Source: Pyrobaculum aerophilum str. IM2
GTDB lineage: Archaea; Thermoproteota; Thermoprotei; Thermoproteales; Thermoproteaceae
NCBI RefSeq assembly: GCF_000007225.1
Contig: NC_003364.1
Coordinates: 1,470,001 to 1,502,000, forward strand
Reading direction: 5' to 3'
Length of the DNA: 32,000 nt
This document shows, in pieces, positions 17,107 to 24,604 of this stretch (positions are counted from its first letter, which is position 1; each line of letters starts with the position of its first letter). The position numbers and the translations under genes were made by a program. Under the pieces are notes generated by a model. That model worked only from the letters and a program-made list of their open reading frames with translations, was not told where the DNA came from and ran no database searches.

Positions 17107-17273
17107 ATCACACGCTGAGATTCTATCTGCATAGCACCTAGCCCGAGGACGCGCTCCGCCTCGGCGGATCCACCCGATCAATGTCGTGATGAAGCGAAAG
17201 TGGAGAACATGTATAACTTAATCAATTAGATTATACTTTCAATTGTTAAAAATACCTATTTTCTTTGTACTTA

Positions 17274-18416
17274 ATGAGGGTAGGAATAGCAGGCATAGGT
17301 TGGTTCGGGTTCCAGCCCGAGGTTGTGGACTACTCTTTCCGCGAGATGATGTTTAAAGCGGCTCAGAGGGCTTACGAAGACGCCGGCGGGCTAGACCCGA
17401 GAAGAGATGTAGACGCCTTTGTGTCTTGTCAAGAGGATTTCTGGGAGGGCATTGCCATTTCTGACGAATTTGCGCCGGATCCGATTGGCGGCGCCATGAA
17501 GTCCGTATACACAGTGACTGGAGACGGCCTGCAGTGTGTTGGGCAGGCCTATATGATGATTAAATCGGGCCTTTTCGACGTAGTTGTTGTGGAATCGCAC
17601 GCCAAGCCTTCTGACATAATGACGCTAAATGACGTCATGGCGATGGCCACGGATCCCATATACGTCAGGCCCCTCGGGCTGGACAACGTCCACGCGCTGG
17701 CAGCGCTGGAGGCCCGGGCTTATATGTCGAAATACGGCGTGACTGAGGAGCATTTAGACGCAGTTGTGGAGAAGGCGCATAAAGCAGGCGTGAAAAACCC
17801 AAGGGCAGCCTATGCCTCTCCCGGCAGGGAGAGATCGGCTACTCCAATTGTGGCAGATCCGCTGAGGGAGGCAGACATAGCGAAATTCGTAGACGCGGCT
17901 GTGGTTGTGGTCTTGGCGTCGGAAAGGGCTGTGAGGGAGTACACAGACACGCCGGTGTGGATAGACGGGGCGTGGTGGTCTACCGAGATATCCAGCCTCG
18001 AGCTCCACGACTGGTCCTTCCCCATACACGCGAGGGAGGCCGCTGACGGGGCGTATCAACAGGCCAAAATTGCAGACCCCGCCAAGGAGGTGGGATTCGC
18101 CGAGGTGGACAACCGCTACAGCTTTAAAGAGTTGCAACACATCGAGGCCCTTAGGCTTGCCCCCAAGGGGCTGGCAAAAGACCTCTTGGCCGACGGCGCC
18201 TTCTGCCCCGGCGGCAGACTCCCGGTGAATTTAAGCGGCGGCGCCCTCGCAGAGGGAGTGCCTTTTGAGGCACACGGCTTGGCCAGATTAAGCTACGCCG
18301 TGTGGGTAATGAGAGGCGATATAAAGGCGGAGGTGGATAGACGCGACGTCGCCGTTGTCCACAGCTGGAGAGGCGTGCCGACGACGACAAGCACAGCGGT
18401 GGTGTTGAGGATATGA
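17274..18416 (+). CDS. Thiolase-fold (SCP-x/Ltp-like) protein lacking the catalytic Cys and His
   Basis: The ORF opens at 17265 (TTG) and the first ATG is at 17274, about 24 nt downstream of TTAAAAATA. It has the thiolase layout (MRVGIAGIGWFGF, ...KSGLFDVVVVES..., VNLSGG). The nucleophile position is Val (YTVTGDG) and the GHP His position is Val (EGVPFEAHG). Confidence 0.85.
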   Translation: MRVGIAGIGWFGFQPEVVDYSFREMMFKAAQRAYEDAGGLDPRRDVDAFVSCQEDFWEGIAISDEFAPDPIGGAMKSVYTVTGDGLQCVGQAYMMIKSGLFDVVVVESHAKPSDIMTLNDVMAMATDPIYVRPLGLDNVHALAALEARAYMSKYGVTEEHLDAVVEKAHKAGVKNPRAAYASPGRERSATPIVADPLREADIAKFVDAAVVVVLASERAVREYTDTPVWIDGAWWSTEISSLELHDWSFPIHAREAADGAYQQAKIADPAKEVGFAEVDNRYSFKELQHIEALRLAPKGLAKDLLADGAFCPGGRLPVNLSGGALAEGVPFEAHGLARLSYAVWVMRGDIKAEVDRRDVAVVHSWRGVPTTTSTAVVLRI

Positions 18417-19600
18417 CGAGCCGTAATATTAATTTTAAGCACCGCGTCGCCGTCGTGGGCGCCGGCCTTACTTTATTCAGAAGCAGAATGTTAGAGACCC
18501 CCCAAGAGCTGGCCTGGCTTGCGGCAAAACAGGCGCTGGACGAGGCAGGCCTCACGCTGAAGGATATAGACTGCGTCGTGATCGGGAGCGCCCCCGATGC
18601 TTTCGACGGCGTTCACATGAAGGGGGAGTATTTGGCCGAGGGCGCCGGGGGCATCCACAAGCCAGTTATAAGGGTGTTCGTAGGCGGCGCTACTGGCGTC
18701 TTCGTCCCAATAGCCGCGTGGTGGCATGTGGCATCTGGTCTCTGCAAGAAAGTACTGGCGGTGGCTGAGGAGAAGATGAGCCACGCGGCTAAACCGCATA
18801 CCCAGTACGTCTTCCGCTACATATGGGATCCCATAGTGGAAAAGCCGTTGAACCCCAACTTAATATGGATATTCGCCATGGAGATGCACCGCTATATGTA
18901 TAAATGCGGCGTGAAGAAGGAGGACATAGCGCTGGTGTCAGTGAAGAACAAGCGCAATGCGTGCGGCCATCCCTCGGCCCAGCTCTGCATGCCTAACATC
19001 ACGGTTGACGACGTGTTAAAAAGCGAAGTGCTGGTGTGGCCAGTACAACTGTTAGACATATCTCCCACTAGCGACGGAGCCGCCGCCGTTGTCTTAGCCA
19101 GCGAGGAGGAGGCCAGGAGGATAACAGACACGCCAGTGTGGATAAAGGGCATCGGCTGGACTTTAGACACCACCCACTGGACCAACCGCGATCTGGCATA
19201 CCCAGAGTACGTGCGGCGCGCGGCTGAAATGGCCTACCGCATGGCTGGAATTGACAACCCCAGGAAGCAGATAGACGTGGCGGAGCCCTACGATCCCTTC
19301 GACTACAAGGAGCTTCACCACATGGAGGGGCTGGGCCTTGCCAGGAAGTGCGAAGCGCCGATATTGACGAGGGAGGGCGTGACCCAGAGAGACGGGGATC
19401 TCCCCATAAACCCGTCTGGCGGCCTCCTGGGAGTCGGCAACCCCATCGCCGCGGCGGGGCTGATGAAAGTGGCTGAGATCTTCTGGCAAGTAAGGGGGGA
19501 GGCAGGGGCTAGGCAAGTCAAGAAGCCTGTCTACACAGGCTTGGCGCAGGCGTGGGGCGATTTAATGCAGGCAGGTACTGTGATAGTGATGGGAATATGA
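18413..19600 (+). CDS. Thiolase-fold (SCP-x/Ltp-like) protein lacking the catalytic Cys and His (second paralog)
   Basis: 395-aa ORF, ATGA-coupled on both sides. It has VAVVGAGLTLF, ...ASGLCKKVLAVAEEKMS and INPSGG. The nucleophile position is Gly (VFVGGATG) and the His position is Asn (VGNPIAAAG). Confidence 0.85.
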   Translation: MTSRNINFKHRVAVVGAGLTLFRSRMLETPQELAWLAAKQALDEAGLTLKDIDCVVIGSAPDAFDGVHMKGEYLAEGAGGIHKPVIRVFVGGATGVFVPIAAWWHVASGLCKKVLAVAEEKMSHAAKPHTQYVFRYIWDPIVEKPLNPNLIWIFAMEMHRYMYKCGVKKEDIALVSVKNKRNACGHPSAQLCMPNITVDDVLKSEVLVWPVQLLDISPTSDGAAAVVLASEEEARRITDTPVWIKGIGWTLDTTHWTNRDLAYPEYVRRAAEMAYRMAGIDNPRKQIDVAEPYDPFDYKELHHMEGLGLARKCEAPILTREGVTQRDGDLPINPSGGLLGVGNPIAAAGLMKVAEIFWQVRGEAGARQVKKPVYTGLAQAWGDLMQAGTVIVMGI

Positions 19601-20136
19601 CCGGCGCCACTAAACCCCTAAACCCAAGAGGCACTAAATACGAGCGCGTGGACTTCCCGGTATTTGAGTTCCCCGTTGTCGGCAAGGCCCGTTACAACTA
19701 CACGACAGGCGAGGCGCTGGGCCGCTTCCTGGCGGGGCTGAAAGAGGGGAGGATACTGGGCACCTACTGTAATAAATGCGGGAGGGTCTTCGTGCCTCCG
19801 CGTATGTACTGCTCCTACTGCTTTAGAGAGGTGGACGGGTGGGTGGAGGCTAAGGACGAGGGCGTTGTGGTCACGGCGGTGATGAGCTATATATCTGCCA
19901 CAAGGGCGAGGCTCGAGAAGCCTGTGGCCGTGGGCGTCATAAAGCTCGACATACCCGGCAGGCAGTTTGACGACCACTTCTTCCCCGGCATTATGCACTA
20001 TATATGCGGCGCCACTGAGGAGGACGTGAAGTCCATGCGGATATTCGGGGCCAAGGTGAAGGCCAAGTGGAAGCCTTATGAGCAGAGAACTGGCTCAATC
20101 ACAGATATAGAATGTTTTGAGCTGGTGAGGCCATGA
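19597..20136 (+). CDS. DUF35 OB-fold / Zn-ribbon protein (long form)
   Basis: The start is placed at ATG 19597, which forms an ATGA overlap with the upstream stop; the ORF opens at 19552. A four-Cys ribbon CNKCGRVFVPPRMYCSYC is present. It is 179 aa and carries an N-terminal extension relative to the protein at 4099-4443. Confidence 0.83.
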   Translation: MTGATKPLNPRGTKYERVDFPVFEFPVVGKARYNYTTGEALGRFLAGLKEGRILGTYCNKCGRVFVPPRMYCSYCFREVDGWVEAKDEGVVVTAVMSYISATRARLEKPVAVGVIKLDIPGRQFDDHFFPGIMHYICGATEEDVKSMRIFGAKVKAKWKPYEQRTGSITDIECFELVRP

Positions 20137-20564
20137 GGCGCATTAAGTACTTCCCCGAGGTGATGGAGATCGAGGCTTACGTGTACACGGCAGGCCCAAT
20201 AGGCACTAAATGGCTTGAGACCCTCAAGGCCGGGCGGCTGACGGCGGCTTACTGTCCCAAATGCGGCCGGCTCTTCCTGCCGCCAAAGATGTACTGCCCC
20301 TTCGACTTCGAGGAGGTGAAAGAGCTGAGGGAGATAGCGCCTCTAGGCGTTGTGGAGAGTTACACTGTCATAGAGATGGATTTCTACGGCGAGCCGCTGA
20401 AGGAGAAGAAAGTACTTGCTTTCATAAAGTTCCCTGGGGTGGAGGGCGGATTGTTACACTACGTGAAGTCCGACAAGCCGAGGGTGGGCATGAAGGTCAA
20501 GCCCAAGTGGCGCGACGAGAGGAGGGGGCTGGTGACGGACATAGAGTACTTCGAGGAGGCATGA
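20133..20564 (+). CDS. DUF35 OB-fold / Zn-ribbon protein (variant ribbon)
   Basis: 143-aa ORF, ATGA-coupled on both sides. The ribbon reads CPKCGRLFLPPKMYCPFD, with the fourth Cys replaced by Asp. Confidence 0.83.
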   Translation: MRRIKYFPEVMEIEAYVYTAGPIGTKWLETLKAGRLTAAYCPKCGRLFLPPKMYCPFDFEEVKELREIAPLGVVESYTVIEMDFYGEPLKEKKVLAFIKFPGVEGGLLHYVKSDKPRVGMKVKPKWRDERRGLVTDIEYFEEA

Positions 20565-21703
20565 GCCTATTGACTCAAGAACACGAACTCGCCAGAAAGA
20601 CTGCGAGAGAATTCGCCGAGAAATACGTCGATCCCATTGTGCGCAAAATGGACAGAGAAAACTACTACCCCCGTGAGACAATAAGAGACGCTGGCGAGCT
20701 CGGCATCCTCACGCCGACGGTGCCAGCTGAGTATGGGGGAGGCGGAGGGGATTTGAGGACCGCAGTTGTAGTACTAGAGGAATTGGGCAGAATCAGCGGG
20801 GGGTTTAGCTTGCTGGTAGAGGCGCTGGGCATACTCTTTGCCGACGCCGTTAATAAACACGCATCTAAGAGGCAGAAGGAAGAGATACTTCCCAAGATCG
20901 CCTCTGGGGAAAAAATAGGCGCCTTTGCCCTCTCCGAGCCTTGTTGCGGCTCAGACGCGGCGGCAATTCAGACGGCGGCAGTTAGAAGGGGAGGGGAGTG
21001 GGTTATAAACGGCCACAAGATGTGGATAACTAATGGCCACTACGCCGATTATTACCTAGTGGCCGCAAGGACTGGGCCCAGAGAGGCGAGACACAAGGCA
21101 ATAACAGTCTTTCTCTTAAAGAGGAGCAACTGCGTCGAGACCTCGCAAATTGAAGTAATGGGAGTGAGGGGCACTGGCACCGCCGAGGTAAAATTTAACA
21201 ACTGCGCGGCAAGCGATGATGATATTGTAGGCGAGGTGAACGGGGGTTGGAAGGTAATAGTAGACACTCTAAACGTGGGGAGGACGGCGATATCTGGAGT
21301 GACCGTGGGCATAGCCCGCGGCGCGTTTGAGGAGGCGTTGAAATGGGCGAGGAACAGAGAGCTATTTGACCGGAAGCTAATAGAATTTCAAAACACCCAG
21401 TTTGAACTCGCCGAAATGTACGCCTCTATTGAAACCGCCAGGACTCTGGCTTATTACGCCGCCTACCTCTACGACATAAACTCGCCGGGCTTTCTCATAA
21501 TGTCTCATGTGGCAAAGCTCCAGACAGCCCGCATAGCAGTAGACGTGACGAGGAGGGCGGTGCAAATAGAGGGGGGCTTTGGCTACAGCAAGGAGAGCAA
21601 GGCCGAGATGTTCTACAGAGACGCCAAGATATTAGAAATAGGCGAGGGGACAAACGAGGTGATGAAATACGTAATCTACAAACTAATCGAAAAAGGCCAG
21701 TAG
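20561..21703 (+). CDS. Acyl-CoA dehydrogenase (paralog 2)
   Basis: The start is placed at ATG 20561 (MSLLTQEHELARKTAREF...), which forms an ATGA overlap with the DUF35 stop. The 480-aa ORF in the track is an upstream out-of-context extension. ALSEPCCGSDAAA and GEGTNEV motifs are present. Confidence 0.9.
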   Translation: MSLLTQEHELARKTAREFAEKYVDPIVRKMDRENYYPRETIRDAGELGILTPTVPAEYGGGGGDLRTAVVVLEELGRISGGFSLLVEALGILFADAVNKHASKRQKEEILPKIASGEKIGAFALSEPCCGSDAAAIQTAAVRRGGEWVINGHKMWITNGHYADYYLVAARTGPREARHKAITVFLLKRSNCVETSQIEVMGVRGTGTAEVKFNNCAASDDDIVGEVNGGWKVIVDTLNVGRTAISGVTVGIARGAFEEALKWARNRELFDRKLIEFQNTQFELAEMYASIETARTLAYYAAYLYDINSPGFLIMSHVAKLQTARIAVDVTRRAVQIEGGFGYSKESKAEMFYRDAKILEIGEGTNEVMKYVIYKLIEKGQ

Positions 21704-22089
21704 CCTTACAAGCCAAGCAAATTTACACCACATTCCTCTCGTAAAGATATGTTGAGTAGCTTGGCAAGCGCCAGGGCTTTAGACGGCGTGGTTGACTAGA
21801 TAGGCTTCATGGTAGAGCCCGCAAGACCTTTCGTCGATGCTACTTGCCATCTGCGGCTTTATCTAAAGAAGCAAAACCGTGTTTGTAGCGGCATCCACGC
21901 CTCCCAGAGACGCTGTCGACACGGCGGCTTAGCTCGAAGTCCCCGTAGTCCAGCTCATGCCAGGGGACTACGCAGAGGAGAGAGGAATTGCACTAACCCC
22001 TTTGTCTGTGTATAGACCCGGCGCAGATCTCAGAAAAAAGTGGATAATCTACTTACTTCAGGTTTTTAAAAGGATGTTCTGTCTTTAAC

Positions 22090-22620
22090 GTGGGGCTGAA
22101 AGAGGAGTTTCTCCGCCTCCTCAAGGAGGATGAGGAGTTCCGAATGGCGGTGGCCGGCTACCTGGGCCTGCGGGAGGTGTTAGAGGAGTTGAGGAGGCTG
22201 AGGGAAGATTTTAATAAATTTGCCAAGGAGCAGGGAGCTCGTTGGGAGGAGGCCAATAGGAGGTTTTCGCGGCTTAAGGAGGGGCTCGGCGCCTTGACCG
22301 AGGCGGTGTATACGCGGTATGTGTGGGAGGATCTGGGCAAGGTGATCCGAGCGTCCGGGGAGCGGGTGGTGAGGCGCGTGAGAAATGCTGATTTCGACGG
22401 GGTGGAGGTAGATCTCCTTATAGAAACCGAGGGAAGGATCTACGTGGTTGAGGTCAAGGTAAGGCCCCGGATCGACGACGTGGGAGCTTTGCTGGCTAAG
22501 GCCGAGGTGGTAGGGCGCAAGCTTGGCAAGCTGGTTGTGTCTGTCCTGGCTGGGAGCTACATCGGCCGGGAGGTTGAGGCCTACGCCAGAGGTAAGGGCG
22601 TCCTCGTCTACGTGTACTAG
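22090..22620 (+). CDS. Coiled-coil + PD-(D/E)xK nuclease-like protein (multi-copy archaeal family, DUF3782/DUF1626-like)
   Basis: 176-aa ORF with a GTG start about 24 nt downstream of GTTTTTAAAAGG. The N-terminal half is helical and Glu/Arg-rich. The C-terminal VEVDLLIETEGRIYVVEVKVR fits a D...E-x-K nuclease core. A decayed paralog lies at 29565-30260. The family name is from memory and was not searched. Confidence 0.7.
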   Translation: MGLKEEFLRLLKEDEEFRMAVAGYLGLREVLEELRRLREDFNKFAKEQGARWEEANRRFSRLKEGLGALTEAVYTRYVWEDLGKVIRASGERVVRRVRNADFDGVEVDLLIETEGRIYVVEVKVRPRIDDVGALLAKAEVVGRKLGKLVVSVLAGSYIGREVEAYARGKGVLVYVY

Positions 22621-23027
22621 CCCACCCCCGCTATCTCCACGACGACCTCCCTCTCGGCAGTGCAACCGCTGGCTAAGTAGAGGTTGTAAGCGCCTGTCTC
22701 TATCTCAAGCGGGGCGTCGAAGCCTGTACAAGCACCTCGGGCCCAGCGCAGTTATCCGGGGTACGTGCATGTAAAACCGGTGCGCCGTAACGATGAAAGC
22801 CAAGACGTGGTAGAGGGGTATGAGGGCCATCCTATTATCAACGCGGCTGTCGCCGCTGGTATCTGAGGAATGCGGCATAATCAATGAGGAAGAAGAGGAG
22901 GCCGCAGACCTGCGTCCTATTTCCCACACAGATGTAAACCCCCTCCAGACACTCCGTGATACCATATTAAAATGACGTCTCCCGCACCGGCCGTGTTGGC
23001 GGGCCTCCTAGGCACATGGGCTAAATC

Positions 23028-23861
23028 TCACGCCGTTAGGCGGCAATATTTGTTGTACAGATTTGCGACATTTAACACGCCGGGAATGACGGAGAAGAGC
23101 CCAGGCGTGCTACTCACATGCGAGAGAAAGTTCCCAGGGAATAGCCAGATGCTTAAAAATGGGGTTAAAAAGCCGTTGTTTACTTCAAATTCCTTGAGAG
23201 CCTCCTCGACGTCTCTTAGATGTGTTTGGTGTAGTGATTCTTGGTCTTGGCGATTATGCTGTTCTACCTGTTCAGACACACTTCCCCGTATTTGTTGGTT
23301 GAGTTTCCACGCTCTGAACGTAACTACGACAATTAGCGTCTTGTTATCCACGACAAGAGCTGTGTGCTCCATCATGAGGGAGTAAGTCATGTATGGAGAT
23401 CCGCCGAGCGAATAGCCCCCGCCAGCCCCTTGCACTCCCCAGTCCACTAGGTATATCGAGGCGTTTACACGGAGCCTCTCATCTAAATTGCGGTACGCTG
23501 GCTCTTTCTCGAGCGGGATCATAAACCGTGGCCACTCACTTCTCCTCTTGTACATCCCTCCTCTGCCGTAGAGAGTGAAGTTCAGCGCCAGCTCGTCGCC
23601 AACAGCCCTGAACTCAACCACAGTCAAGTTGCCCGAGACGCACGGCCCCGCCAGCATTAGCCCACCATTTACAAATTGAAGCTGACATACTGCTACGAAG
23701 GTTGAATTTGGCGGCAACTTTACACCGACCCCCTCACTAGCCGAGGTGGTAAACATTAGTAGGCCGACACTAAACAATGCCACGACAGCTACGGCGATTA
23801 ATATCAGCCAAGTTTTCTGCCTCATATTAACTGACGATAAATAGTAAATAGTCCCAGTCAT
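23028..23861 (-). CDS. Exported or membrane-anchored hypothetical protein
   Basis: 277-aa ORF. The hydrophobic segment MRQKTWLILIAVAVVALFSVGLLMF starts at Met13, so the alternative start is 23825. Five N-x-S/T sequons follow the anchor. No family was recognised. Confidence 0.55.
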   Translation of the reverse strand: MTGTIYYLSSVNMRQKTWLILIAVAVVALFSVGLLMFTTSASEGVGVKLPPNSTFVAVCQLQFVNGGLMLAGPCVSGNLTVVEFRAVGDELALNFTLYGRGGMYKRRSEWPRFMIPLEKEPAYRNLDERLRVNASIYLVDWGVQGAGGGYSLGGSPYMTYSLMMEHTALVVDNKTLIVVVTFRAWKLNQQIRGSVSEQVEQHNRQDQESLHQTHLRDVEEALKEFEVNNGFLTPFLSIWLFPGNFLSHVSSTPGLFSVIPGVLNVANLYNKYCRLTA

Positions 23862-23942
23862 AGCCGCATATAAAGAATCCGCAGGTTTCCAGAAATACGA
23901 CCACCTGCTACGCCGCCAGGCATGTACTGCAAGTGGCCCGGC

Positions 23943-24074
23943 TTAACTAACCCTAGGTAGCCACATCCCCATGTCCACATAAACACTTCCGTTCCAACCT
24001 GGATTATTCACCGTCGCTAGCACAAGTAGTGAGTTTCCTATTTTTATAATGCCACGTCTTATGGGTTTAGACAT
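23943..24074 (-). CDS. Possible small AbrB/SpoVT-like protein (43 aa, below the ORF-track cutoff)
   Basis: Hand translation gives MSKPIRRGIIKIGNSLLVLATVNNPGWNGSVYVDMGMWLPRVS. The KIGNS core resembles AbrB/MazE-type swapped-hairpin motifs. GTAAAAAAATGG lies about 26 nt upstream on the minus strand. Confidence 0.25.
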   Translation of the reverse strand: MSKPIRRGIIKIGNSLLVLATVNNPGWNGSVYVDMGMWLPRVS

Positions 24075-24527
24075 GAAGAAGAATCTGCCATTTTTTTACC
24101 TCGCTTATTGAGTTATTGCCCACGCTCACCATACTGACGCCTCTCTACGCAGTGCTAATAGCGGAATCGTAAGGGCCTTCCTTACAAGCTCTGCGCCTAA
24201 GTCTTAATACTTCCGCAACCAGAGGAGCTGGGCTAAGTCTACTTGGCAATGCAAGACTCCTTCTCCGCTATCCCCGGCGCGGTGGGATACGCGTTGGCCC
24301 CAGCGCCTACTGTAGCTGTTGCGTGATTTTATTCCAGGCGATTTGCCGCCAACGCTCACGGCTTCGGAGTCTTCGTAGGGCTGATGTGCTGTGCGGGAGT
24401 GGGAGATAATATTATTAACGCGGCGTGGGCGACTTAAACCCGCCCTTTACTAATTTCAGTATGTAAATTTGTAGGGGAGTTATATATTATTCCCGCGCCC
24501 GAGAGAATTGAAATCGGTGAAAATCGT

Positions 24528-24558
24528 GTTCCGCCTTTGTTCCGCGCGGTTCCGCGCG
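24528..24558. repeat. Three GTTCCGC-core direct repeats just upstream of a promoter
   Basis: GTTCCGCC is at 24528-24535, and GTTCCGCGCG is at 24539-24548 and 24549-24558 (perfect tandem). A TATA-like TCTATAAA follows at 24574-24581, then ATG 24605. Confidence 0.4.
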
Positions 24559-24604
24559 TAGTTTCTATGGCAGTCTATAAACCCCCCTCCGGGATTGAAA
24601 ACTC

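Noticed and set aside
17187-17193. GTGATGA (C-box-like) in the spacer upstream of the thiolase-fold operon, considered as a C/D box sRNA.
   Set aside because: No downstream CTGA D box or C'/D' pair lies at the right spacing on either strand.
20261-20560. First 100 codons of the 480-aa ORF listed at 20261-21703.
   Set aside because: This part overlaps the DUF35 gene in another frame and is Arg/Gly-rich with no ACAD similarity. Homology to the paralog begins at MSLLTQEHEL (ATG 20561), which forms an ATGA junction with the DUF35 stop.
17391-21716. Antisense or alternative-frame ORFs within the thiolase-fold/DUF35/ACAD operon.
   Set aside because: They are embedded in genes with clear family similarity and ATGA coupling, and they show no motifs of their own. 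The pair 7134-7382 and 21052-21312 merely mirrors the ACAD paralogy.
21720-22040. Possible decayed HEPN-like or NTase-like gene on the minus strand (fragments such as PWHELDYGDFELSRRV and ...LYHEAYLVNHAV / KALALAKLLNISLREE).
   Set aside because: The similarity is only impressionistic and needs several frame changes. I cannot support it without a profile search.
22705-23385. ORFs 22705-22965 (minus strand, 86 aa) and 22972-23385 (plus strand, 137 aa).
   Set aside because: The first has no recognisable promoter box, motif or family. The second is antisense to the more protein-like 277-aa exported-protein ORF and is Cys/Ser-rich junk.
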